The notes beneath the pieces are model-generated. The model worked only from the letters and a program-made list of their open reading frames with translations, made no database searches and had not been told where the DNA came from. A stretch of DNA of 64,000 nucleotides from the human T2T-CHM13v2.0 reference genome, Homo sapiens. Of this stretch, positions 1 through 18,917 are shown piece after piece. Numbering within the stretch: position 1 is the first letter of the stretch; each line of letters opens with the position of its first letter. Location of the stretch: assembly GCF_009914755.1 (NCBI RefSeq), contig NC_060926.1, one strand, 5' to 3'. The position numbers and the translations under genes are program-made.

Positions 1-2620
<2,620 letters not shown>

Positions 2621-2622
2621 AA

Positions 2623-3419
2623 TACTTCTCAATACTTTAAGATTTGTCTGATGAGAATGGTAATGATATTAACAAATGTGATTTTTTTTGATATTGTATC
2701 ATGAAATCTGGAAGGTCTGCATAGCTCACTGAATCAATATTTTACAAAGGACAAAGCATCATATTACAAAATCACACATTGGTTAAAAAAATCCATTCAA
2801 AATGAAAAGAGATCAATGGCTTTTCATTTTAACAACATGAAACATTCACTGATGTTTCAGATTCCTCATTGAAACTACTTTCACCTGTTATCTAGTTTTA
2901 CCTGTTATCTACTATCACCTGTTATCTAGTTTGAAGGTAATATCAAAGAAGAATGTCCACAGTCATTGAAAAAAGCTATTATATGCTTCTTCCTTTCCAA
3001 CTATATGTTTACATGAGGTTTGACTTTCTTCATGGAATTCAATTTTTGAAAAAGGCAAAAGATTAAATGCAGGAGCAGATAGAGAATCCAGTTGTCTTCC
3101 ATTAAACCAGATGCTTAAAGAGATTTCCGAATATGTAAAACAGTGCCACTCCATTTTAGAGCAGAAGGCCTGTTAATTTTTGTTTTGTTTCAGAAAATAC
3201 AGTTATTTTTCATAAAAACATATTACAGTAATATGCAGTGGGTTTATTATTATAGTTATTAAATAAATCAGTAGATAATTATTTTAAAATGTTTCTGTTT
3301 TACTTTCTAGTATGATGATTATGGGTATATATAACCATAATCATAAACTAAAGCTCTTGGGGCTCTTAATTTTCAAGAGTCTAAGGGAGTCCTGAGATCT
3401 AAAAGTTTGAGGACCACTA
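2623..3419 (+). mobile_element. hAT-Charlie DNA transposon relic (Charlie1-like), transposase C-terminus and right end
   Basis: ~2986-3140 reads LLPFPTICLHEV..RLNAGAD..KEI, resembling the Charlie1 dimerisation-domain tail LLPFPTTYLCE..RLNAEADMRIQLSSIKPDIKEIC. Ends 'aaaagtttgaggaccacta', like a Charlie TIR. Confidence 0.75.
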
Positions 3420-3489
3420 GATTAAAATAACTAGAGATTAGTAAGTGTTAATGAGAGCGAGAAAAAATTAACATTTGTTTTGAATGTCT

Positions 3490-3640
3490 GTTTTGTTATG
3501 AGTTCATTTGGTTCTCACAATTACTCTAGGAGGTCAATATTATTATTCCCGTTTATAGGTAATGAGACTGAGCTCAAAGAGAGTAATGGTTTATCCAAAG
3601 TTATGATTGTAACCCAGGTCTGAAAAATCCTACGCTCTTT
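3490..3640 (-). mobile_element. MIR SINE fragment
   Basis: 'attattattcccgtttataggtaatgagactgagctcaaagagag' resembles the reverse-strand MIR core. Confidence 0.6.
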
Positions 3641-4088
3641 CCTTTTACCTCTAATTGCCTTCCTACTAAGAACATTTTATTCTACAATTATAAGGTTTGG
3701 TTTGATCAGAGGATTGACTTTTTATCTTGACATGTATATGTATGTATGTGTGTACAAGGGTATACTATCTGGACAGAGAAACTAAGAGAGTTAGGGCTAT
3801 AATGGAAATGGGAAACATATAATCTTGCCACAAAAAAGAACTTGCTATTTACCACCTTAATGGTAAATTTTGCCCATAATAATAATCTTCAGAAAATAGG
3901 ACATATTGAACCTTTTAAGAGATCAAATAGATGATTCTCCTTCAGGTCTCCAATTTTTGCACCCCCTGCAGTGCTCTGGTCTCCCCCTAATCACACCCTG
4001 TTTTTGTTAATAGTACCTCTTATTTATTGAGAACATATCATGGTCAGGCCCAATGCCAAATGCTTTTAATCGTTAACTCATTCAATTC

Positions 4089-5847
<1,759 letters not shown>

Positions 5848-6082
5848 CACTCTTTGTGATTGGCATTGTTAGTCTAGACTTACAGCGAAAACACCGAAGG
5901 CTTGAGAGATGAAATGATTCACCTAAGCTCACATTATGAGTGAATATATGAATCAAGACTGAATCCAGGGCTGACTCCAAAGCCCTTGTGGTTAATCACC
6001 ATGCGATACTATGTACCTGCTTCCCCAAAGGATTTCAGCTACTTGAGAACTGGGACCAGGTCTTTTTCTTCCAAATATACTC

Positions 6083-6160
6083 ATGCCTGGCACATTGCTT
6101 GGTACATAGTTGGAACTCAGTAAATTTTTGTTGAACAAATGAATGAATAAATAAATGCAT
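6083..6160 (+). mobile_element. L2 3' end fragment
   Basis: 'cttggtacatagttggaactcagtaaatttttgttgaacaaatgaatgaataaat'. Confidence 0.6.
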
Positions 6161-6934
6161 GAATAAAGTACAGTCAAGAGGTAAATAAAGAGCCAAACTG
6201 CTTTCATTTACTTGAAGCCCGATTAAGGACAGGGTCTCATTGTTAGTTCAAGATGCTGGGATACTAGTTTAGCTGAGCCATGCAACCTTGTTAATTTTAG
6301 TTATTTTCTCTGGTAACATTCCACACTCATTGGTTCCCATGGTTATTATTGTACTACATGTTGCTACATCGTACCTGATCTGTGACATGAGGAATGATTT
6401 TAAATATACCCTCTGGGGCAGAGGTGGCACTTTGGAGTTCTAGTTGGAATTGCCCTACTAATCTCTCTATGGAAGCTTATTGTAGGGGAAACACACAATA
6501 TACCAAAGAACTAAATACAAATTTTATTCAGGTATAATATTCTCTGATTTTAAAAATGGGGCCAAAAGCATTAGCAATACTTTTATGTTAGATAGTTAAG
6601 AGGTTGTTAGCACCAAGCTTATTTCCCTTCACAAGTGAATCAAGCAATTAATAACAATAATCATACCTTACTTTTTATTATACAGAATTTTTGAGGGTAT
6701 AAGTCTTTATAACTCTTTATAGAAATCTATGTATTCAGTGTCACAGGAACTACTCGCAGATGCCACCTTGTATCCATCTTTCTTTCTTCCCTAATAACAG
6801 AATGCTGATTTTGGAGGGGCAGCTAGCAATGTGCTTCCTTTGTAGTTAACTGTGGTCATGTAACTAAGTGCCAGCCAATGAGATGCAAGTCTAAGGTGAT
6901 GAGTATTTCTGTCAAAACCTCTTAAGTTGGGGCA

Positions 6935-9107
6935 ATAAAATTTAACAACCATTTATAATTTTTTTAAAAAAACTTACCAAGCAAGGAATAGAAGATCATT
7001 TCTTTGATCTGATGGAAGGAAATGAAAAACCACTAGCTAACAACATACTTAATGGTAAAACACTGATCCTTTCTCCCTAAGATCATGAACATGACTAGAT
7101 TGTCCTCACCTACTACATCAACTTAAAAGGGTACTGGAGACCCAAGTCGGTGCAATAAGGTAAGAAATAAGAAAGAAGAAGCATAGATATTGGAGGAAAA
7201 AGAAGTTGTTATTCATAGATGATGTGATCATATACACAGAAAATTCTAAGGAATCTATAAAAATCACACTAGAACTAATGAGAAAATTTATGAAGTTTGC
7301 AGGATACAAAGTGAATACGCAAAATCAATTGCAATTCTACATGTTATCCACAAAGAATTCGAAAATAAAAATGTTAAACGTCCCTAGAAATAAATAAAAC
7401 AAAACATGTGCAAGATATCTACCCTGAAAATGACAAAACATTGCTCTGAGAAATTAAACAAGATATGAATAAATGAAGATATATGTCATGTAAAATGATT
7501 GGAAAATTCAATATGTGTAAGATGTTCAATATCCCCACAAATTGATCTATGGTTTCAATGTTGTCTCAATAAAAATCTCAGCATATTTTTTGAAGAAATT
7601 GACAAGTTGATTCTAAAATTTATATGGAAATGCAAAGGATCTAGGATAAACAAAATGAAAGAACAAAGTTGGAGGATTTATGCTCCTGATTTCAAGACTT
7701 TTTATAAAGCTCTGTAAGGGGGGTAGTGAGGCATTAGTGGTTACATGGGTATATGCAATGGATCAATGAAACAGAATAGTGTCCAGAATTAGACTCACAC
7801 ATATATGGTCAATTGCTTGTCAACAAAGACATTAAGATAACTCAATGTGGAAAAGAAATTCTTGTGTAACAAATAGTGCTTGAACAACTAGATATCTCTG
7901 TGGAAACAAAAGATGAACCTAGACCTTCCTTCTCATTCCAAATACAAAAACTAATCTGAGATCAGAAGCCTAAATGTAAGCATGTTAAGCATAAAGCTTC
8001 TAGAAGAAAATATAGGAAGAGTCTTTGTGATCTTTACAGTAAGCAAAAATTTCTTAGGACATACAACACACCAACCATAAAATTAAAAATTAATAAGCTG
8101 GACTTCATCAAAATTACAAACTTTTGCTTGACCAAAGGTATCGCCAGAAAAATTAAAACACAAGCTATAAACTGGGAGAGAATATTTTTGACTAAAATAT
8201 CTATTTTTTGGCAAAATATATTTGACAAAAAACTTGTATCCAGCATATATAAAGTACTCTTACCACACAATATTGGAAAGACAGTCTAATCTTAAAAAAA
8301 TGGGCAAAAGATTTGAAAAGAAACCACAAAATAAGAAATAAGAATGGCAAATAAACACAGGAAAAAGAGCTCAACATCATTCATTATTAAGGAGATGCAA
8401 ATTAAAGCTACAATGAGATGCTACCCCACACCTATTAGAATGGCTAAAATTTTAAAAACTGACAACATCAAGTGTCAGTAAGGATATACAATATCTGGAA
8501 CCCTGTCACACTACTGAAGGAAATGCAAAATGGTATGTTCACTTTGGAAAACAATTTGGTAGTTTCTTTAAAAAGTAGAAGTACCATACAGTTCAGCAAC
8601 TCCAGTTTAGGTGTCTATCAAAGAGAAGTAAAAGTATACATCTATACAAAGACTTCTACGCAAGTGCTCATAGCAGCCTTTTCATAATAGCTCCCCAAAA
8701 TAGAAACAACCCAAATGTCCACCAATAAAAGAGTAAATAAAATGTAGTTAATATATACAATGGATTATTAATTAAAACAAAAAGCAGCAAACTCCTGATA
8801 CATACAAAATAATAGGTAAATCTTCAAAACATTATGTTGAACCAAAGAAGCCAAACACATAGGGCATATACTACATTATATATTTATATAAAATTCAGGA
8901 ATAGGCAAAACCAATATAAATTATAGAAACAGAAAGTGGTTGCCTCTGAAGTGGTAGAACTGACTGTAACGTGAAATTTCTGAGGTGATGGAAATATTCT
9001 ACATCATGTTTTGGATATTGATTGCAATGGTATATTTAACCATCAAAACACATGAAACTGAACATTTTTGATCTGTGCATTTTAGGCATGTCAACTATAC
9101 ATTAAAA
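6935..9107 (+). mobile_element. Ancient L1M (L1MD/L1ME-like) ORF2 3' part and 3'UTR
   Basis: Degenerate ORF2 peptides (LFIDDVIIYTEN, FFEEIDKLILKFIWKCKG, APDFKTFYKA); 3'UTR 'ttctgaggtgatggaaatattctacatc...gatctgtgcatttt'. Confidence 0.9.
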
Positions 9108-9289
9108 GGAGTTGCGAGGGAGTGGGCAGACAGTGCCCTTATTGCCCCTATTTTCCTCCTTTCCTTCTGACTGAAATGAAGAAGTAATGATTAGTGCCCC
9201 AGCAACATTCTTGGACTGTGAACATAAAATCCAAGTGTCAATAATGGTGAAGCAGAGAGGGGGAAAAAGGCCTAGATTCCTCATGTTTA

Positions 9290-9682
<393 letters not shown>

Positions 9683-9969
9683 TTAAGCCACTGTCTCAGA
9701 TACTTGCAACCAAACAAAATTTCTAAGTGTTACAATCATTGATAAATTTCCTTTATGGTTAAATTATTTTTTATTATGTTAGATTGTAGTTGGGAAGTAC
9801 ACTGAGATGTTTTTTAAATGGTATAATAAAAGCTGTTTATCTTTTATAGAGATTGATGCCTTTGGTGTATAAAAGTATTATAAATTAATAAATATTTGGA
9901 ACATTATTTCATATATACTAGATATATAGCAGTAATGGGCTTGCTTTTGGGACAAATCAAATCTTGGTA

Positions 9970-10165
9970 CAGATCATGGATTAGTCATGTGGCCCTGGGC
10001 AAATAGCTAATCTCTCAGAGCCTCTTACTTCCTCTGAGTATAGGGCTGATGTTATTAAGCTAGCTTTAACCTGCTGTTTAACCTGCTGTTATTATGAAGG
10101 CTGAATGAGGTCATGTATGTAAAACCTTCCACACGAGATCTGGCACAGAGCATATGGTAGCTCAT
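9970..10165 (+). mobile_element. MIR SINE
   Basis: 'gtggccctgggcaaatagctaatctctcagagcctc...gtatgtaaaacc...tggcacagagcatatggtagctca'. Confidence 0.6.
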
Positions 10166-10849
10166 TTTCAATAGGAGAATATTTGATTCTGAACATGTCA
10201 TTCACTGCACAGGTAAGCCGTCACAAAGCAATCTGTCCTCCACCATCACCTGCATAATGTGTGGTTTTAATAGCTTATTATAGCATATGAGAATGGAGTC
10301 ATTGCCTATGGAGTGATTTACTACTGAATTTAATAGCAGTGAAGGCTGCATTGGCCTTCTCCAAGCAATAAGAGAAACCAATATTTCCCAAAGTATGTCA
10401 GAGAAAGTTGCAAAAATTATTATTTTGCCAGAAGTCATTGTCATGGAGAAAGACTCTGGGAAAGTGAAGGTTATTCTCAAATAACCTCAGAAAGTGGTGG
10501 CCACTGAGGCTAGAAAGTGTCTGAGAGGCTGGGGCTGGGCACCATCCAGTGGAGCCTATGGTGAAAGTCTTGGTTCCCTCGCCTGCATAACACGCATTCT
10601 GGTTTGCCACATCCTGCCCTATACTGGGAGGCAAATGCAGAGGCCTCAAGGACCCACGGCTAGAACCATGTAGTTCAGATGACCTCACCTCCACTCTAAG
10701 CAACCTAGGCCTCTGAGAGAACTGCTGAGATCCAACCAGACAAGGCAGAAATGCCAGGGAGTTAGCAAGCTCCTGGCAAGTGCAGCTCAGAGCGGGAGTA
10801 TCTCCACAGAAAATCAGCGCACAAAGATGCCAAGAGAATCATTTACTTA

Positions 10850-11170
<321 letters not shown>

Positions 11171-11671
11171 TCAGCTGGCTATTTCACCTCAATAAGAACT
11201 TACTGAAATACATATGATTTTATTAACTGTGTGGTCAAGATCCTAAAAGAACCAACCCATGAAATTCTTTCAGCAGTGAGTTTAGAACTATTGGAGGATA
11301 AGTTAGGATATTTTATCTCTCCTTGGGAGAACTAGCATCCATTTAGATAGAAGATAAGCTGAATTTTTTGTGTGTTGTTTTAGAAAAGGAGAACCAAATA
11401 AAAGAGAGTTTAAATCTACATTACAACCCTTGAAGAAATGTGAGGTAAGCCTTAACAACATTTGAATAATTTAAATGGTTACTATTAGAGAAGGCTTTTT
11501 TAGTAACACAATTGGAGTGCCGGGGCCAATGTGAATAGAGAAATGTGTGAGCCTAATAATTTTCTATTTCCTTAAGAATGGGAAATTCGAGTCATAATAA
11601 TCAATGATATGTAATATGATACAAGACACATTAGCAAGGTAGCAGAATTACCATATATGACATTAGATCTA

Positions 11672-11902
<231 letters not shown>

Positions 11903-12161
11903 CTAAAAAAGAAAAAGAAAAACAATAACCAGAAAAAGAAAACAAATCTGAATTTCTTTATAAGATACCAGCAATTGAAAGTTTTTCTGCACAATTTGCT
12001 AGTTAAGCATCTTGCCATATTGTATCCCTACATGACTAACATTGATTATAGGTCTAAAGTTAAGTTATAGGTGAATAACCAGAGAATTCTGCCGGTAAAA
12101 TTCTGAGTAAAACTGGAGTCTCCTTTCAGTTATGTTCAATTGAATTCACGTAACAATTGCA

Positions 12162-12196
12162 TGTGTGTGTGTGTGTCTGTGTGTGTGTGTCTGTGT
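12162..12196. repeat. Interrupted (TG)n microsatellite
   Basis: tgtgtgtgtgtgtgtctgtgtgtgtgtgtctgtgt. Confidence 0.9.
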
Positions 12197-12328
12197 CTTA
12201 AGCTCAGTTCTTTAAAGCTTTGTCCCAGGCCATGACCAGATCCTTGAAACTGTTGGGTTCACAGAGTTGACATCATCCCATGAATTTATCTGCTCAGGGT
12301 GACCTGTAGGTTTGATTCCATGATCAAA

Positions 12329-12405
12329 TCTTTATCACTAGATTTGGGAATTGACACACTGTCCAAGGGCTCCAGGGTGTCAATCCCCAAATCTAGTGAT
12401 AAAGA
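12329..12405. repeat. Near-perfect inverted repeat (29-bp arms, 1 mismatch)
   Basis: tctttatcactagatttgggaattgacac (12329-12357) versus gtgtcaatccccaaatctagtgataaaga (12377-12405). Confidence 0.95.
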
Positions 12406-12578
12406 GAGATTCTGCAGATTCCTAAAGGGTAGGGATTGCAACATCTCCCCCATCTAGCACTCTCTGCCAGTTGTATGCATCGGTCTGTTACCCTTATATT
12501 GCAGCATTACTTCACCTAAATTGACCTCTTGTGGACTTAAACCCAGAGTCTTGAAGTATCCTAGTTCAAGATCCTTTA

Positions 12579-12921
<343 letters not shown>

Positions 12922-14654
12922 TTAAATACCTGTCTTACCTGATAGGCGTGGCTGCTTTAGAGTGGGCATGACACTATGCAAAGGGGAACTTGTTGCCCAT
13001 TGACTTTCATGCTTAGAGAAAACAAAACCAATGCTCATACTATTTTCCTTGCCTCTTAGAACTCCAAGCCACTCTTGCTGTTTTCATCAACTAGGAAAGT
13101 TAGATTTCTTCTGAAATTGATTTTGAGAATACAATTTGTTATCTATCAGTAGGCCTGTGCGTGTCTGAAGCTCTAGGCCAGGCATGGCAAACTGTAACTT
13201 CCCATGATGTAACCAAGGGAAACAGTGGCTGGCCAAGGCTTCAGAATCCTTCTCAACACAGTGTCATTGCTATCACCTCTATTCATAGCCTTTGCCAGAA
13301 GATCAGAGGTGGTGTTAACCACATGACCTATTTTCTATCTGCCCTAAGCAGAAGCCTAATTTACTTTTTGCTCCAACTGCCTCGACTGGCATCCTCATAA
13401 CTACTTCTAATATTAGAGTGGCCTCTTAGAATAATTTGGTTTTACAATTTGACAACAATTTGGCTACCAAGTATTATACACAAGTAAAGTTATCAGCAGC
13501 AACTTAGGAAACTCTCTTAAGTAAATGCTGAAAAATGCATTTAAATGAAAATTCTAGGCTGATTTGTTGTTGTATCTCTCTGGCATGAAACTAATACTTC
13601 TTCAAGAAGTCAATATCCAAAAAACATGTGATTTTTTCCCTTCTTGTATATTCTCAATCCTGCTTTGATACAGGAACTAAAAAAAAGCATAATTCTCTTG
13701 AATTTTTTTTGTGGCCGCATTGGTCAAGGCCGTAGTAAGGGACTGAGCTGTGTCTGTGCTCTCTTGTCTGTGAGGCCACACTTCATGGATACACACTGAA
13801 CTCGGAGTTTGGGTTTCCACAGGTAGAACCCAGTTCTGAGTTTGGTGTCGAGGTTTGTTGCTCTTTGAGCATGCTACTCAGCTCTTGCTGCACTTGGTAT
13901 TCGTATGATTTGATTTATGTTTAGATTATCTTTATGAGATCCAGTGCATAGAGACTTGTTTTAAAATTCAGAAAGCTAATGCCTCTCTTCCTTACCATGA
14001 ATCAGTTAGACATCATTCTCTAGTGTCTTAGGATGGCTTGGTACATAGTCCCCAATCATCTTCATACTGCTTTCATGTAGTTTTCGGTTTGACCAGATAA
14101 GGAGTTCCTATTTGGCACTTTGTCACTGGTGTGGTACAGAGTCACTGAGTTTATGAAAATGCCATTTTTAAAGGAACTGGATAATATCTGACCAGTAATA
14201 TTTGCCCCAAACTTAAAACACATCCCTTAGAATCTAGCAGTAGTTCAGAATGGATCCTGGTACCCAGAGGGAATACAACTATAATATGAACATCAAATGT
14301 ATGTTTAACTTTAGAAAATATCATCTCCATGAACTCTGATTATCCAGACAGCCTCCATATTTTACATGTAACCTGTAGAAATGGCTTTACAATAAAAGAA
14401 GGAACCAGGTAAAATAAAAAAATCCCAAGTTAAAATTTTTTTCCGAATTATTTGACATCCACTCCTTCTACAAATTGTTTTTGAAAGTAATCACATGAAT
14501 GCCATTTTGATCTACCAATGCTCACCTTCTCCTTTCCTGATTTGTTTTACTTATACAACTCCACAAAAAAGCAAGTCACTATCAGAAATATCACTGAGGA
14601 AATTAACATGAATTTAACTGCAGACAGGTTTTAAAAACACATTGAGGTCATTTA

Positions 14655-14843
<189 letters not shown>

Positions 14844-15467
14844 TTAGTTTAGTATCCAAAATCAGTCCTCGAAATGTTAGCAATTCACATAAAAGTTTGT
14901 ATTTTACATCTATCACATGTAAAATATGTGTATGTATATTAAAAATTATGTATGTCTTATAAGCCAAAATTATCATGCTCTTTTTTCTTAAAATGTGAAA
15001 GTTCACAAATATAGGATTATCCTATTTATTATTCTTAGCCAATGTGTGCCACTTTAATTTTTAAAAATTACTTGCAACCATTAAAAAATGCTTCTTTCTT
15101 AAACAAGTTATTTCTGTTTTTGAAATAAATCCTCTTTCTCTTTCAAGATTATTACTCCTAAGTGGAAGATCTTGTGGTAGAATAAAATAGAAAAGTTTCA
15201 AAAATGGTTATCATACTGGCACTAAGTTCCATTGGGCAGTAATGTTATTTAATTCTCCTCATTAAAATGCCTGTGCAACCTTTGTATTTATTTACCTTAA
15301 GCCTAGAGCATTCACTGTGGGAACTGCCCGGTGTTTGTCTGTAATTTGTTAAAGTGTTCACTCAGTCACAAAAGAGCAATGGAACAGATCAAATAAAACA
15401 TGACTTCAGATCTAGTTTCTGAACCAAATGACAGGTTTGTCAAGCATACCACGAAAGTAATATATCA

Positions 15468-15781
<314 letters not shown>

Positions 15782-15790
15782 AACATGATT

Positions 15791-15815
15791 TACTTCCTTG
15801 TTCTCCTTATAAGGA
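15791..15815 (-). promoter_or_regulatory. ITGB6 core promoter: TATA-like TATAAG (15811-15806) in a 12-bp palindrome, with adjacent ETS-type AGGAAGT
   Basis: tccttataagga at 15804-15815; 'acttcct' at 15792-15798; ~260 nt upstream of the ATG; no CpG island. Confidence 0.65.
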
Positions 15816-16718
15816 AGGCAGGTGTACAATCACCAAGAAGGTGGGGAAATTCATTCAGTAGAAATTTTGGTGTAAGTTCTATGAGTCTCTCTGCATCCTA
15901 GAGAAAGTTAATATCTTTAGTGAAATATTGATCAATGAAAAGTCACAACAGCAATAGAAATATAGTCATTTTAAAAATAATTTTAATTTAATGTAAAGAA
16001 TAAAGATTAAATAAAGCATATAGGCTATATATGAGGAAAGTAAAAAATGAGCTTAATGAAAATGCCTGAGATTTTAGTGTTTCATTGCTAAATCCTTTGC
16101 AAAAAATTGAAACGAACCCTGAAAAAGAAAAATTATTATCTTACAGTAAATGAGAAGGAAGGCTAGGGAAAGCAAAGCACTGTTTCCTTATTTTTTCAAA
16201 TTAGATGAAATATATTTTTCCATAAGTATAAAATTCTTATTTTAAAATTATATTGGAAATAATCATAATATATAAAAATCAAAGGAGATCAAAATAAGAA
16301 TGTCTCAAAAGACACTGATGACAACAATGATGAAAACAGAAATGATGGTGCCCAAGATTCTGAATCCCTCAGGCTAGGGACCAAGTTCTCTATGCAATGT
16401 GCTGTTCCAACCTCTAGCTCATGATTTGGCACATAGGAGATATTTATTTGTTGAGTGAAAGAGTGACAATTCAAAATATATATGATCTATGGCTAAATCC
16501 ATGAGGTTTTTTGTATTTTTCCCCCAGGGTGTTCTTCAGGAAGGTGTTTTGAGATTTGTAGAGTCTGTGAACAGATAAGAATCGAATTCTCACTTCGTCA
16601 CTCTAGAAACTGCTGACCTTAGAGAGACTTTTCTGTGGCCAGGCTTATGTCTGAGGAGATTATCTTTTCAAGGAGCATTCCTGGGTAAGCATGTGAAACC
16701 TGTAAACAGAGGGAAACG

Positions 16719-16950
16719 GACTATGGTCAACAATAATTTAATTCTACATTTAAAAATAACTAAAAGACTATAAATGGGTTGTTTGTAACACAAAGGAGAA
16801 ATGCTTGAGGGGATGGATACCCCACTTTCCATGAGGTGTTTATTACACATTGCATGCCTGTACCAAAACATCTCATGTATCCCATAAATATATACACCGA
16901 CTATATACCCACAAAAATAAAAACTAAAATAAAATAATTAAAAAAAAAAA
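16719..16950 (+). mobile_element. L1MA-type 3' end with A-tail
   Basis: 'gactatggtcaacaataatttaatt...gaggggatggatacccc...catgcctgtaccaaaacatctcatgtatcccataaatatatacac' followed by an A-rich tail. Confidence 0.85.
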
Positions 16951-17221
16951 CCAAAGAAAGAGAGAAACTAATTATAGACTACCTAGGCTTTTCTCAGAAG
17001 CCTATGTTATGTTCAATTTTGAACTCCATCATATCCAAGAAGCTGGAAAAACATGGCAAGAATTTTGCGGTAACAATCCAGAATTATTGAAGAATTGGAA
17101 GATATGCATTTTGAGAGAAAATTTATATAAAATTAGTTGATTTAACTTGAAGAAGAAAGATCGAGCCACAAATTGTTTGTGTCTCTGTTATTGTCATTTT
17201 AAAAATCCAGTATTAACTATT

Positions 17222-18330
17222 ATTCATTCATTATTCATTCATTCAACAAGTACTTCTTGGGCATTTACTTTCTGTCAAATATTATTTTTGAAGCAGAGGC
17301 TACATCAGTGAACACAACCAAGTTTTTGATCCATGCAGCATATATTCTAGGCTGGAGGGCAGTGCAGGGAGATAGACTTCTAAAATCAGGCAGTGCCCAG
17401 GGCTATGAATCATAAGTCTGGGTAAAAGGAAAGAGGGGCAAGGGAGTGTGTGATTTTCTTTAGAATAGTCAGGGAGGGTTTCCCTGACCAACTGGCATCT
17501 GAGAGAGCCCTAGATGACTTTGACAACACAGCTAACTATGAAGGCCTGAGACAGCCCAATGGCAGGTGTTTTCAAGGGCAAGTGGAATACAAGAAGGGAG
17601 AGAGAGAGGGTAATCAGATTTGAGGGCAGAGGTCAGATCATATGTAGTCTTGACCTTGAATTTTATTCTATACCTTGTGTATCACTGGAAAGTTGAAAGT
17701 AGAGAAATAATACTATTTAATTTACATTTTAGAAGAACCACACTGGCTGCTGAGGAAGTTAAAATGTATGCGGCAAGATTGGAAGGTGAATGGGGCAAGA
17801 GAGGAATGCATGTCTCTGTCAAGAACAGAGATAATCGTGGCTGGGACTAGGATGTTTGTGGTGCAGGAGGAGGGGGTGATCAGATTCAAGATCTATTTTG
17901 AAACTGGACTGTGCTGATAGATTGGATGTGAACATGAAAGAAAGAGGTTTCTGTCTGGCATAGATACATTGTACTGGCTGAGTGATACATTTTACTGAGA
18001 GGGATTACATTGAGGAAGAATCAGGTTTCATGTGGAGGATGAGGATCAAGAACATGGTAAGTTTGAGATGGCTAGAAGATAACCAAGTGAAGATGCCACA
18101 TAGGCAGGTTTGATATCTAGGTCTGGAAATGTGGGCAATGTCAAAGAGCAAACTGTAAATTTGGGATTATCAGCATGGGTTTAAAGATATGAGGCTGATG
18201 GTGTTCAGAGATATGTGGCTGAATGAGATCCCTCCAGGAAGCGAATGTATATAGGGAAGAGCTCTGAGGACTGAGCCCTGGGGCCTCTAGATATCTGTAG
18301 ATCAAGAGGAGAAGGATTTAGTAAAGGAAG
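17222..18330 (-). mobile_element. L2 LINE fragment
   Basis: Starts 'attcattcattattcattcattcaacaagtac'; purine-rich L2 body ('tttagaagaaccacactggctgctg', 'gtttgagatggctagaagataaccaagtgaagatg'). Confidence 0.75.
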
Positions 18331-18376
18331 CTTCTATCTAAAGAACACTTCATCTTGCTAAAGAGGAACCTGTCTT

Positions 18377-18917
18377 TGTTGGAAGACAAATTCAAGTGTC
18401 TCTCACATTTCTGCACATCTTACAAGCAGAGGACCTGGCTGCCTTTTTTCTAGACTCTCTTTTCCAGGATGTTTATAAAGTGAACGGCCTTTGAAAATAC
18501 AGACAGTGTCCCTCTTTAGGGAAAAGGAAAAATTGCTTACAGCTTTGGAAGATAGAGACAGTGTCAACCTGCAGAACAAAGAGTAGGCCTGTTTACTGCC
18601 CATTATAAAAGGTTCAGTTTCCCTAAACTCAAAGTTCTTCTCTTATAACACATCTTACTACATGTGCAGGAGTCACCTCTTTCTTTTGTGTCATCTTGTG
18701 GGAAATGGTATTGGGGAACTGTGAAAGAATGTGCTGACACTCTGACCACTGCAATTGCTGTGAATTAAAAAGTTCTTCAAAAAAAAAAAATAATTAAAAA
18801 GTTCTTTTTCTGTGATGCAGGCATCGCATGTCTCCATCAGTACCCACAAATCCATGACAAGCTAACTTGTCAGCTTGCAAGTCAGGTAAAAGCCCAGGCC
18901 CTTCATAGTTCTTGACA
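18377..18917 (+). mobile_element. Solo LTR (MER76-like, ERVL class)
   Basis: TG...CA ends; 'cccattataaaaggttcagtttccctaaactc' and terminal 'gctaacttgtcagcttgcaagtcaggtaaaagcccaggcccttcatagttcttgaca'. Subfamily from recall. Confidence 0.65.

Noticed and set aside
10065-10088. 12-bp tandem duplication tttaacctgctg x2 (similar: gagtaaaggct near 57107-57131)
   Set aside because: Simple slippage duplications with no further structure.
13801-13840. Imperfect hairpin ctcggagtttgggttt...agaacccagttctgag
   Set aside because: Short, with bulges; within chance expectation.
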